This document shows, piece after piece, positions 44,315 through 57,530 of a stretch of 64,000 nt of DNA. This stretch comes from the human T2T-CHM13v2.0 reference genome, Homo sapiens, in NCBI RefSeq assembly GCF_009914755.1, contig NC_060926.1. One strand, written 5' to 3'. A program made the position numbers and the translations under genes. The notes under the pieces are model-generated. The model was not told the DNA's origin and ran no database searches. It worked only from the letters and a program-made list of their open reading frames with translations. Each line of letters opens with the position of its first letter. Within the stretch, counting starts at the first letter, position 1.

Positions 44315-46356
44315 ATATATTTATTTTTATTTCAATAGTTTTAGAGGTACAGGTGGTTTTTGGTTACACGGATGAATTGTATAGTGGTGAAGTCTGAAAT
44401 TGTGATGCTGCCATCATACAAGTGCTGTATATTGTAACTGATATGTAGTTTTTTAGCTCTCACCCCTCTCTCATCCTGCCCATTTCTGAGTCTCCAATGT
44501 CTGTTATACAACTCTGTGGCATAATGTATACCCTTGTGGACCTATAGCTTAGCTCCCTCTTGTAATCAGGAACATATGGTATTTGGCTTCCCATTCCTGA
44601 GTCACTTCACTTAGAATAATGGCCTCCAACTACATCCAAGTTGTTGCAAAGGATATTTTTTTTCTTTTTTAATGCCTGAGTAGTATTCTACAGTGTATAT
44701 ACACCACATTTTCTTTATCCGATCATTGGTTGATGGGCACTTAGTTTTGTTCCATATCTTTGTAATTGTGAATTTTGTGCTGTGATAAACACATGTGTAC
44801 AGGTGTCTTTTTGCTATAATGACTTCTTTTCCTTTGGGTAGATAACCATCAGTGAGATTGCTAGATCAAATGATAGATCTACTATTAGTTCTTCGAGAAA
44901 TCTCCATACTGTTTTCCATAGAGGTTGTACTAATTAAAATTTCCACCAGCAGTGTATAAGCGTTCTCTTTCACCACATCCAAATCAGCATCTGTTACTTT
45001 TTAACTTTTTAATAATTACCATTCTGGCTGGGGTGAGGTCGTATTTCATTGTGGTTTTAATCTGCATTTCCCTGATTATTAGTGATGTTGAACATTTTAA
45101 AATGTTTGTTGGTCATTTATGTATATCTTCTATTGAGAGCTATCTATTCATGTCATTTGCCTAATTTTTAATGGGATTATTTGTGTTTTTTTTTATTTTA
45201 TTTGTTTGAATTTCTTGCAGAGTCTTGTTACTAGTCCTTTGTTGGAAGCACAGTTTGCAAGTATTTTCTCCCATTCTGTGGGTTGTCTGTTTACTCTGAT
45301 AATTATTTCTTTTTCTGTGCAGGAGCTTTTTAGTTTAATTAGGTCCCGTTTATTTATTTTTGTTTTTGTTGCATTTGCTTTAAGTGTCTTAGTCATAAAT
45401 TCTTTGCCTAGGCCAATGTCCAGAAGAGTTTTTCCTAGGTTTTATTTTAAGATTTTTATGATTTCAACTGTTAGATGTAAGTCTTTAATCCAATTTGAGT
45501 TGATTTTTGTATGTGGTGAGAGAGAAGGACCCTGTTTCATTCTTCTACATGTGGCTATCCAGTTTTCTCAGCGCCATTTATTAAGTAGGGTGTCCTTTCC
45601 CCATTTTATGTTTTTGTATGCTTCATTTAAGATCAGCTGGCTGTATTTGGTTTTATTTCTGGGTTACCTATTCTGTTTTATTGGTCTATGCATCTACTTT
45701 TATGCCAATACCATGCTGTTTTGGTTACTATAGCCTTGTAGTATAATTTGAAGTTGGCTAATGTGATGCCACCAGATTTGTTCATCTTACACAGAGTTAC
45801 TTTGGCTATTCATTTTTGTTCTTATTAATTTAAGGATTGTTTTCTTAATTCTGTGAAAAAATGATGTTGATGTTTTGATAGGAATTGCATTGAGTCTATA
45901 GATTGCTTTGGGTAGTATGGCCATTTCACAATATTGATTCTTCTAATTCATGAGCATGAGATGTATTTCCATTTGTTCGTGTCACCTATAATTTTTTTCA
46001 ACAGTATTTTATAGTTCTTGTAGAGATCTTTTACCTCCTTGGTTAAGTATATTCCTAGGTATTTTATTTTATTTTTTGGCAGCTATTGTTAGAGATTAAA
46101 TTGTTGATTTAATTCTCAGCTTGGTCATTGTTGGTGTGCTACTGATTTGTGTACGTTGCATCATATAGTGATACTGATTTGTGTACATTGATTTTGCTGA
46201 ATTCATATAAATCTAGGAGTATTTTGGATGGATCTTTGGGATTTTCTAGGTATATAATCATATCATTAGCAAACAGAGATTGTTTGACTTCCTGTTTTCC
46301 AATTTGAATGCCCTTTATTTCTTTCCCTTATCTAATTGCTCTGGCTAGGACTTCCT
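44315..46356 (-). mobile_element. 5'-truncated L1 (L1PB-like)
   Basis: Same 3' UTR as the copy at 432; ORF2-like [33 protein letters not shown]; ends at ctggctaggacttcc. Confidence 0.93.
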
Positions 46357-46969
46357 GAAGGTAAAACTTATTTTTTTCTTATCTATTTTACTTTGCAAGT
46401 TTTCCCTCTGTACATCCATCTGTATACACATAAACACACACACTAGTCTCTAAAAAAGTAAAATGTTATGAATATTCATCCTTTAATTGTAGAAAATGTG
46501 TAGTTACAAATTTTTTTCTAAAATGTTTATCAAAAGTGTAAGTAGCTTTACCCTTCAGCCCCCATTCGAGTATGAACGTGAATATGGGTGCCAAAGATGG
46601 TACTTCTAGAAGATAATTAAATTCTGGTTCAATTTACTTTAGACAAAATGGGAAATGTCTTGTCTTTTGTTGCCTCTAGCTTTTCACACTAAAAACAAAC
46701 CCTAAAGAATTTGCTGCATGTAATGTTTTTGCTGCCTAAGGCAACTGTCTGCTCTGGCTATACAACAGAATCTATTCTAGTTATATTTGTTGAAGTTCAA
46801 ATATTTGTAGTTTATTTTCAATGAAGAAATGACACTGCAACATGCCACGGGGGAAACTTGTAAAATGGGGCGGGTGAGCAGGGAACAGATAGGAAAGCTA
46901 ATCACATAACACACATGTTTGTTCTACTTTGCCCTCCAGAATATCTTAGTTTTCTGGTCAAATGGAAAT

Positions 46970-47740
46970 GTATTGATAAATCCATAAGAAAACCCCTAGA
47001 TGGGTCATAAAGTAAAAAATTTTAAATGATATCACAAAATAACACAGAAGAAATATGTATACTAATCAGATATTAGATCTGGAAATATAAATATATTTAC
47101 AAAATGTGTTTAAAATATAAGTGCAAAGTTAAGATTTTATAAAGAAAAAAACATGAGAAACAGGATTATAGATACCAAGAGGAAAATATTGCAATAGCTA
47201 AAACATTATTGAAAGATAAATGACAGACTAGAAAAGAAGTAGAAAAAAATGTTATCATCATTATATCAAGAGCTGTCACAAGTTAAGCTGTCATAAGCTA
47301 ACACTTTAAAGGAAAGATGAATAAAAGTTGTAAACAGGCAATTTATAGAAAAATGATTGTGTTCCCAAAATAAAAAAGTTAAATCTCATTTATAATTGAA
47401 AAAATATAAAGCAAAGCAATCTACCAATTTTGAATTTTTCTTTAAAAGGATCATACTTAAACTTTGTAAGAGTGTGGGAAAAGATACACTCATGCATTGT
47501 TACAGAAATGGAAATCGATACCACTTTTTCAAGAAACAGAAAAACAAGTGACCTCTTGTTATAGGATTCTGCATTTATGAATCTGTTATAAATGTGATGT
47601 GAGGAAATTGCATACCAGAAAACATTAAGTGAAAAAAGCTGGATTCATAATTACCTGTATATTTGTATTATCTGCTGTATGATCTCAATTTTATAGAGAA
47701 AACGGAAGAAAATACAGCAAATATGCACAATAGTTACCAG
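46970..47740 (+). mobile_element. Degraded L1ME-like fragments
   Basis: A-rich; aaacaggcaatttatagaa and gagtgtgggaaaagatacactcatgcattgtt. Confidence 0.55.
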
Positions 47741-47889
47741 TATGAGAGACTGTTTTACACCAAGATAGGAACTTAAGAATTAAAACTATAAGGCTCTATA
47801 TATGTACACTATACTAATGAATACATATATGTATCCCTGATATGAAACATATAAATTCATTAATTAACACAGTAACTGTCTGTGTAAGA

Positions 47890-48705
47890 CCTGCTATATG
47901 ATTGGTCTGACAGAGATCTTAAACTTAACACGTCCCTGACAGAAACCCAGATTTTCTTCTGTCCCCTACCAGTATCTTCACTACAGGGGAGAAAATACCA
48001 AAAAAAAAAACAAAAACACTTCTTTCTCTCAGTTAATGGCCTCTTCATCCTTCTAGTTGCACAGGCCAAACACTTTAGTCTTTTTTATATTTCTTTTTAA
48101 CTCTCACATTTCACATCCAAGCTACCAGGAAATCCCACTGGCTCTACCCTCAAAAAAATATACAATTACTTCTCACAAAGCCAGTTGTTATCATTGTTGT
48201 TTGAGCTGTCGATAGTTTTCACCTGGACTACTGCAGTAACCTCTAAATGGGCCGTATTGTACACCTTTGTACACTGCAGTTTATTCTTAATACATCAGAG
48301 TGATTCTTTATAGTCCTCGTAATGCCTGCAAGGCCCAGGAGCTGTAGCCTGTGACCTGTCTGACCTCTTGCCTGCCACTCTCCCACCAGCTTGCTCTGCC
48401 TGAAGCACCTGGCTTCTTTGTTGTTCCTTAAAAATGCCAGTCACCCACTTGCCTTTAGGGTCTTTGCACAACTGCTGAATTCTGTTCCTCTACTCTATAT
48501 TTTCCCATGCTGCCTTCATCTTTTTAACAAATTTTATCATTTACTTATTAATCACATATGATGCTTAATATCTGGACTTTCCCACTAAAAATAAACTCCA
48601 TAAGGTCAGGAATTTTTGTTTTTTGTGTGTGTGCATATTCCAGTATACCAAAGTATGCCTGGCACACAGTAGGTACTCAGGAAATATCTGTTGAGTGAAT
48701 GAATG
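47890..48705 (+). mobile_element. L2 (L2a-like) 3' portion
   Basis: ctcagttaatggcc..tagttgcacaggccaaa, cacctggactactgcagtaacctc, end tgcctggcacacagtaggtactc..gagtgaatgaatg. Confidence 0.85.
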
Positions 48706-48719
48706 GACTCTGAGTGACT

Positions 48720-48820
48720 GTGACTATAAGCTCCTTGAAAAAGTGACCATGTCTGTTTTGGTCATTAATGGATCCCCAGATCCCAGCACACTATTTAGCA
48801 CTTGGCACTGAATAAATGAA
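48720..48820 (+). mobile_element. Short L2 3' end
   Basis: gactataagctccttgaa..gaccatgtctgttttg..ctgaataaatgaa. Confidence 0.6.
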
Positions 48821-51354
48821 GGAGAATTAGATGTGGGTTGTTCAACCGTGACACAACTTTTGGTCAGAGTCCATAGTTTATAATATCATGTATTTTTCTT
48901 TGTTGCTCAAAATTGGAAATACTTACAAAGCTTTATAAGCTACACAAAGGTAATGCATAATAGTTAATGAGCTCTCACAGGGCATAACCATAGGCTAGGA
49001 AGTGGAGCGATGGCATTCTAGTGCTGCAAATGATGCAATGAAAATGACCTGATCCAAATGCTGTCACCATCTTCCAGAAGAAGAATGATCTCTTGCTGGC
49101 TTTCTTTTAAGTAATAAGATTATTTTTCATAGCTTTCAGTAGTTTTTTTTTTTAACTTTCATGGAAGTTTCCCTCTGACTTTTTATTTTGAAAAATTTAA
49201 AGCCTACATCCATTTCCCATCTGCAGACAGACACTGCATGGTATTTAAAGCTTTACGGGTAGATCTCTTAGGTAATTGCCTTGAATGTTTCCCTCTGTGG
49301 TTTGCTGGGATAACCAGTGAAGATGCAAGCAAATCTTATAACAATTCTCCATTTCCTACTCAGGGCCTTTACTATCAGTAGATTTTGAGCTCAATGCTTT
49401 AGGCTATTAAAAACAAATACTTCTAACATGTTCTCGGACCTCTTGCTGTGAAAATCTTCTAGTCAATGATTAAATTTCAAGAGCCTGAACCATCACTAAA
49501 CTAGTAACCATTGTTGGATAAATTTGGGAAGAGGTTTGTTGATGCTCATCTAAGCAGCCCCATATGTGGAGTTTGTTTTTCTCCTTGGTTATCAGAGTTT
49601 GTGGGTAGCAGTCAAGGCGATGGGGACATAGAATGAGGCTGTAACCAAGGAATACATGTTGGTGACTTCCATGACTAGTAAGAGTTTGGCAGTGAGGCAA
49701 GGCTAATGGGGGGTTTGGCAGTTTTCTTATCACTTGATTCTTTTTGCCTTGGAAAGTTGCATCGGTATTCCAACTACACTGACTATTTCTTTTTCTCTAC
49801 TTCTTAGTAATGTGTTCTTCCCTTAGTCCTATGTGTTTGGTTTAATGTAATTAAGACTAATACAAACAAATTTGCTAATAGGATTACTAGTAGCAAGCAC
49901 ACTATAAATATGCTTAGCCTAAATGAATCACAATCATTCCCTGGTGCACGCAACATTCCTTATTCAACATTCCTTATTCAAATTCATTTACTCTATCTTA
50001 ATAAAATCCCAATAGGAACTAGAAACTCTAGGCCTTTTAAACAGAGTCAGATAACCTCAAATGCTAGAGAGGAAGAATAAATAGAAATTTGGACCTTCTT
50101 TTATCTAGACAGCCAGGTCAAACTGGCCCTGTGCAGGACCACCATTTATTTCTTGGTTTTGTAAACTGAATCCTGTGATTACAGTGGAAATCCAGCTCTG
50201 TTCAAGAATTTTTTTCAAAGGCATGTCCAGCTGGAGCCAGACAATTCTGAAATAGATCCCAGCTGTTTGGATCATCTGAACCCGAGAATAACTAAATGCT
50301 GCCACTGAAAGCACTATCAGTAGTAAATTCTCATTTGAAGTTGTAGGTAGCTAGAATGCCAAATCCTTAAAGACCACCCCTATTTAGCAGCAGCTTGGAA
50401 AGGGTAGTAGAAGGAAGAGATTAATTCTTACTTGTGGTTTTAACTGGCCCAACTACCACAATCCATTTGGTAACTAAAATTTGTTCCAAGCATGAGCATG
50501 CTTAGATGGGCATATTTCAAAGTTGGAAAAGCTGGCCCTTTTCTAGGAAATCTTCAGATTTTTCTAACTTTGAGTTAAATGTTTCATGTATATCTTCAAT
50601 AATCATAATTGTTTATGGATTGTGTATTTTGTCTCATATTTAACTTCTTTATCTTTTTATAAATGCAAGCAGGTATAGATATTTCCATAGCTAAAGTCTC
50701 ATTTTCATTACACATACAAAACAGGTATTATTTAAAACAACGATATTCAAAGAGTAACATGGTAGATAACTAGAGGGTAGTTTCCTTTATTCACAATAAT
50801 CATCACTACACTGTTAATTAATCTGATTGTATTTTGTCTCAGTCATATGCTTTGTTACTAATAAGATAAATAACAGTACATATCAATTTCTAAAAATTAG
50901 GTTTTATAATTTTGTTCTCCAGGTAAATAAGCCTCATAAGTTTTACTCTGTACTCATCATTATCTTCTAATGGCATAAATATTTTACAGCAATTTTAATA
51001 TATTTAAATACAATTTTTAAATGCTTATAATATATTATCTTTTTATACTTACATATTCATAAGTAATATATTTGAATTTGGTTTTCACCTGAAAGTCTAA
51101 CCAAAAGCAAATCTTTTCAAATATAAATATTTAGTCTCTCAAGAAATAGATTCATTTTCCTTTAGTATACGTTCTGTACACTTAATTTGTTCATTCCTAT
51201 CTATGTAGAATTAATAAACCTATCCTACAAAAATACTCTGTGTACAGATGAATGCTAATTCTAATTGGGCAGCCGTTTGGAACTAAAGCCAAAATTCATT
51301 TTATTACCTGATATTATGTCAAACTACAGTTAAACAATTCTCTTGAACTATAAA

Positions 51355-51357
<3 letters not shown>

Positions 51358-51395
<38 letters not shown>

Positions 51396-51450
51396 AGAGA
51401 GAGACAGAGAGCAAGAGAGAAAAACTGAGAGAGAGACAGAAAGAGATGAA
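51358..51450. repeat. (TG)18 followed by a GA-rich tract
   Basis: Read directly; perfect TG run at 51358-51393. Confidence 0.95.
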
Positions 51451-52104
51451 GCTGTGTAGTTCGATATGCTTTCTTAAAATAAGGCTGTGGGGAGGTAATT
51501 GGTAAAGAATGTTTTCCCAATCTTAAACAAGTAGTAAATTAGGTGATATTTTCTATTTATAACCGGTAAAAACCAGACAAGAATTTCTTTCTGCTACAAC
51601 TTGCTGAACAGAGCATTTAAAACCTTTAATGACTAGATGAGTTCATTTTCTTTAAATGCTGTGCTTAATATTTAAGCTACATCTTATTTGAAATGTTAGT
51701 TTAGGATAAATAAATAAAACATTCCAGATGCAATCTTCCAGCAACGACATTCCAGCAATTTCCCTGAGAATAAAGTCAGAGAATATTCCAGGTTTTGAAC
51801 GTCAAGTGTTTTCAGATGATAACTAGTAAGTTTTCCAAAACATCTAAAGTTTCAAACAAAAACTTTTAAAAAGCCTTTTCAAAAAAAGAAAAGAAACCAA
51901 ATTCTCCATTTACACATGTACAGTCTTCACAGTTGAATGAGAATATAAACCATTACTTAAAAACATAAAAACTTTAAAGTTTGAGAATAAAAATAGACAA
52001 TCTACTTCCTAGGGCAAGTGGAATTGTCCACAAGTCCTACCTTCCTTTCCCAGAAACAAGTAATCAAAACTGTTAACCAAGACCAGGATTAAAAAAGAAT
52101 AAAT

Positions 52105-52760
52105 GAGCTAATAGTTTTGGACATGTTGAGTTTATAGTGCCTGTATTGATGAAGGACTTTTCTTCAACCTTAAAGGAGTAATAAATTACCTTGAGCAAAT
52201 AATTTCACTTAAATCTATGTAGGAAAAGCAGAAAAACAGAGCACAAAGGAGACTGAGAAGGAGAATTAATTAAAAGTAGTAGGGAGACTGCCCCACACCC
52301 AGAAGAATTATATCTCAGAAGCCAAGGGAAGTCAAATATTCAGGAAAAAGTGAATACTTAACAGTGGCAAAGACTGAAATATGATGAAATATTAAAATGT
52401 AAGAAACACTAGTTGGGTTAAGTGAATCAAAGTCTATCTATAAACAATTTCAGTAAAGAGATTGGGGTGTAAATCACACTGGATAGGTGGATGAGTGAAC
52501 AGGCGGTGAGAAAGAGAAAGTGGAGCCAGCTGCAAAGACAGCTGTTTTTCTTAAAAAAAAAATAATAAAAAAAAAAGGTAAATACACTAGTAAGAGGAAT
52601 GTGCAGGGTTAAAGGATTTTTTTATTTGCTTGCTTATTTCTAGGATAGAAGATACTTGAGTTATGTTTTGTAAACTGAAGGGAAGAAGGGAGTAGAGAGG
52701 ATACAAAGAAGTTCTACAAAACCCTGAGGAGACTGGAGTTAGGATGTGTATGGACATCCC
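52105..52760 (-). mobile_element. L2 fragment
   Basis: agttttggacatgttgagttt, aaaggagactgagaagga, gaagccaagggaag motifs. Confidence 0.65.
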
Positions 52761-53174
52761 ACCCGGCACCATCAGCACTTCCAATGACCCCATGCCCTGC
52801 TTGTTTTTCTTTTCTCTGTAGCACTGATTACCTTCAATAGTGCTATATACCTCACCTATTTGTTCCAATTATTCTTTCTCTCACTTACCTTTCCACCCTC
52901 AATCTCCTTTGGGATATTCTCATTTCCCACCATTTCCACTTACCCTTTAGATGCACCTGACTTCCCAGGGCTTTATAAAGTTTACAGATCTTTGTCTTTT
53001 GTTCTTTCTTATATTTTAAGCCCCTAGAACATAGTGACACTCAATAATTATGTGTTAAATAAAAATATGTTGGATTGTAGAATTTTAAAAAATGTAGGGA
53101 TGAGTCTGAAAGTCTGCATTTTTTACCTACAAAGTAGGAATAATTAAGCTGCATGGAAGGAGGGCTAGAGAGAG

Positions 53175-55463
53175 TGTATTAGTCCGTTTTCATGCTGCTG
53201 ATAAAGACATACCCGAGACCAGGCAATTTACAAAAGAAAGAGGTTTATTGGACTTACAGTTCCACATGGCTGGGGAGGCCTCAGAATCATGGTTAGCAGC
53301 AGACAGAAAGAGAACTTGTGCAGAGAAACTCCCATTTTTAAAACCATAACATCTGTGAGACCCATTCATAATCATGAGAACAGCATGGGAGAGACCTGCT
53401 CCTATGATTCAACCATCTCCCACCGGGTCTCTCCCACAATATATGGGAATTATGGGAGATACAAGATGAGATTTGGGTGGGGACACAGAACCAAATCATA
53501 TCATTCAGCCCCTGGCCCCTCCCAAATCTCATTTCTTCACATTTCAAAGCCCATCATGCCTTCCCAACAGTCTCCCAAATTCTCAACTCATTTCATCATT
53601 AACTCCAAAGTCCACAGTCCAAATTCTCATCTGAGACAAGGCAAATCCCTTCCACCTATAAGCCTGTAAAATCAAAAGCAAATTATATACTTCCTAGATC
53701 TAATGGCGGTACAGGCATTGGTAAATACAGCCATTCCAAATGGGAGTAATTGGCCAAAACAAAGGTGCTACAGGCCCAATGCAAGTCCAAAATCCAGCAG
53801 GATAGTCAAATCTTAAAGCTCCAAAGTGATCTCCTTTGACTCCATGTCTCACATCTAGGTCACACTGATGCAAGAGGTAGGTCCCCATAGTCTTGGGCAG
53901 CTCTATCCCTGTGGCTTTGCAGGGTACAGCCTCCCTTCTGGCCGCTTTCACAGGCTGGCATTGAGTATCTGCAGCTTTTCCAGGTGCACAATGCAAGCTG
54001 TCAGTGGATCTACCATTCTGGGGTCTGAAGGACGGTGGCCCTCTTCTGACAGCTCCACTAGTTGATGCCCCAGCAGGGACTCTTTGTGGGGGCTTTGACC
54101 CCACATTTCCCCTCTGCACTGCCGCAGCAGAAATTCTCCATGAGGGCCCTAACCCCTGCAGCAAGCATCTGCCTGGACATCCATGCATTTCCATACATCC
54201 TTTAAAATCTAGGTGGAGGTTCCCAAACCACAATTCTTGACTTCTGTACACTATCAGGCTCAACACCATGTAGAAGCTGCCAAGGATTGGGGCTTCCACC
54301 CTCTGAAGCCACAGCCTGAGCTCTACATTGGCCCCTTTCAGCCACAGCTGGAGTAGCTGGGACCCAGGGCACCAAGTCCCTAGGCTGCACACAGCATGGA
54401 GACCCTGGACCTGGCCCACGAAACCACTTTTTCCTCCAGGAAAAAGGCTCCAGGCCTGTGATGGGAAAGGCTGCTGAAAAGACTTCTGACATGTCCTGGA
54501 GACATTTTCCCCATTGTATTGGGGATTAACATTCAGCTCCTCGTTACTTATGCAAATTTCTCCAGCCAGTTTGAATTTCTGTTCAGAAAATGCGATTTTC
54601 TTTTCTATTCCATTATCAGACTGCAAATTTTCCAAACATTTATGCTCTGCTTCCCTTATAAAACTGAATGCCTTTAACAGCACCCTAGTCACCTCTTAAT
54701 GCTTTGCTGCTTAGAAATTTCTTCTGCCAGATACCCTAAATCAACTCTCTCAAGGTCAAAGTTCCACAAATCTTTGGCAAAAGCAAAATGCCACCAGTCC
54801 CTTTGCTAAAACATAATAAGAGTCACCTTTGCTCCAATTCCCAATAAGTTCCTCATTTCCATCTGAGACCACTTCAGCCTGGACATTATTGTCCATGTGA
54901 CTTTCAGCATTTTGGTCAAAGCCATTCAACAAGCCTCTAGGAAGTTTCAAACTTTTCCACATTTTCCTGTCTTTTTCTGAGCCCTTCAAACTGTTCCAAC
55001 TCCTGCCTGCTACCCAGTTCCAAAGTCTCTTCCACATTTTCTGGTATCTGTTTAGCGGTGCACCACTCTGCTCATACCAATTTATTGTATTAGTCCATTT
55101 TCACACTGCTGATGAAGACATACCAGAGACTGGGCAATTTACAAAAGAAAGTCATGATCTTCAGTAGGCTAGTCATTATTGGACTTACAGTTCCACATGG
55201 CTGGAGAGGCCTCACAATCTTGGTGGAAGGCAAGGAGGAGCAAGTCACATCTTATGTGGATGGTGGCAGGCAAAAAAAGAGCTTGTGCAGAGAAACTCCC
55301 ACTTATAAAACCATCAGAGACCCATTTGCTATTACAAGAACAGCATGGGAAAGACCTGCCCCCATAATTCAACCATCTCCTACCAGGTCCCTCCCACAAC
55401 ACGTGGGAATTACGGGAGATACAAGATGAGATTTGGGTGGGAACACAGAGCCATACCATATCA
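53175..55463 (-). mobile_element. Complete THE1 (THE1B/C-like) MaLR provirus: 3' LTR 53175-53503, internal 53504-55085, 5' LTR 55086-55463
   Basis: Two direct LTRs tgtattagtcc..catatca, about 1.6-kb THE1-int with ORF remnants, perfect TSD GAGAG (53170-53174 / 55464-55468). Confidence 0.97.
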
Positions 55464-55501
55464 GAGAGATTTCAAATATACTGAAAGTTAAACATTCAGT
55501 A

Positions 55502-56027
55502 CAGACTGGTCCCCAATATGACAATTTTTCAAGTTTAGCCTGGTGGGAAAGCTATATGAATTCAGTAGAAAAAGTACTTTAAATTTTGAATTTTGATCTC
55601 TTTCCAGGCTAATGACAGGAAGTATGATAGTCTCTTGTGATGCTGGGCAGTGGCAGTGAGCTACAGCTCTGGGTCAGCCATATGTTCAGGAGGGCAGACA
55701 ACCGACAGTCTAGAGTGAACTGTGTTGTGATACGATTTTGCCCAACTGTAGGCTAATGTAAGTGTTTAGGCTGGAGGTTGCACTTTTTTGAATTGCAGAC
55801 GTGTAAAAAATCAGACCTTGCGATGACCTTGAGCAGTAGGATATATATAACTCCCACATGCTTAGTGTTCCAATAATGGAACAGTAGGCATAAATGGATT
55901 AAGGTAGGCCAGGCCAAGCTATGATCTTCAATAGGCTAGGTATATTAGATGCATTGTTGACTAGTGACGTTTCAACTTACTATGGGTTTATCACAATGTA
56001 TCCCCATTGTAAGCCAAGGAGTATCTA
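55502..56027 (-). mobile_element. Tigger4 (Zombi)-type non-autonomous DNA transposon, split by MER85
   Basis: gattttgcccaactgtaggctaatgtaagtgtt and ttcaacttactatgggtttatc..ccccattgtaag; TA at 55500-55501. Confidence 0.88.
55765..55898 (-). mobile_element. MER85 (piggyBac PGBD3-derived MITE)
   Basis: gaggttgca..tcagaccttgcgatgaccttgagcagtaggatat..actcccacatgcttagtgttccaataatggaac..aggcataaatgg followed by TTAA (55899-55902). Confidence 0.9.
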
Positions 56028-56086
56028 TGTATAGATCAAAGGTCATTCGTGGAAGCTCATGAACCCCATTTAAGAAGTGGCATGTT

Positions 56087-56447
<361 letters not shown>

Positions 56448-56735
56448 CTATCATTAAACATTATTTAACATGACATTTTAGATATTTGGCTTGTCTCAGA
56501 AAGTAAGAAGATGTAGCCATATGGTCGTCATTTACAAAGTTCCCACCATTCATTATTGTATCCCTAAACCCTAAGTTTAATGTCAGCTGTCTTTTATTAT
56601 TAAGCTTGTGCTATTGTCTTTTAGTGTGGCTCCTTTATCACTTCTGTCACTCCCTTGGCCTCTTTATGTGGTAGTGTCTATAATCCATAATATTGGTAGT
56701 TTTCAATGTATAAATAAGTTGTCTTCCAATGGGGC

Positions 56736-57530
56736 TGCAGAGGAGAAAAAGTAATATCTTTTCTTCACCCATCAGATGGGTAGTAACTGGCCAGGAGCAG
56801 TGGCTCATGCCTGTAATCCTAGCACCTTGGAAGGCCGAGGCAAAAGGATCCCTTGAAGTCAGGAGTTTGAGACCAGCCTGGCCAACATAGTAAAACCCCA
56901 TCTCTTAGTTGGGCATGGTGGCCTGTGCCTGTAGTCCCAGCTACTCAGGAAGCTGAAGCAGGAGAATCTCTTGAATCCAGGAGGTGGAGATTACAGTGAG
57001 CCAAGATCGCGCCACTGCACTCCAGCCTGGGCAACAGAGCAGGACTCTGTCTCAGACACACACAAAAAAACTCTAAAAAAAAAAAAAAAGGTAGTACCTG
57101 ATACCCCATAAAGAAAGACAGATTAAAAAGACAAAAGCATAATACATTTATTTAAATGAAGTTTTACAAGCCTTCAGAAATGAAACCCGAAATTCTAGAG
57201 AAAACTGTGTATTTTTATGCTGTCTGATGAAAGAAGTAGGTAGTTGTGGGAAAACATAATTGGACAAAAAGGGCTATAATTTAATGGTAAAAACGGGGGA
57301 ATTTAGCAAGCCTTGTTTGTTCAGATCCTTTTTGGCTTCTGGGTACAGGGTGGGACTTCTCTGGATTGAGGGTCATATGACCCTACTTTCAGGCAAGGAA
57401 GGTCAGAGAATTTCTTTATGACCATGTTTCAGTGGAGAAAGGCAGGAGAAAGTCAGAGTGACCTTGCTTCTGTGGATTTCTGATTCGTTAAGGTGCCATC
57501 TTTTGGGGTATTGTATTCTGAGTCCGTACA
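56736..57530 (-). mobile_element. ERV1 solo LTR, MER34/MER39-like, containing an Alu
   Basis: Minus strand begins TGTACGGACTCAGAATACAATACCCCAAAAGATGGC; TG..CA ends; TSD gggc/cggc. Confidence 0.72.
56789..57089 (+). mobile_element. AluS with the middle A-rich linker deleted
   Basis: ccccatctct joins directly to tagttgggcatgg; TSD ggtagtaact/ggtagtacct. Confidence 0.94.

Noticed and set aside
53700-54692. 330-aa ORF, the longest in the track, as a novel protein
   Set aside because: It lies in THE1-int and starts at GTG. It switches out of the ancestral frame, since the RKKWFRGPGPG segment is in the overlapping ORF 54202-54492. It is a frameshifted MaLR remnant.
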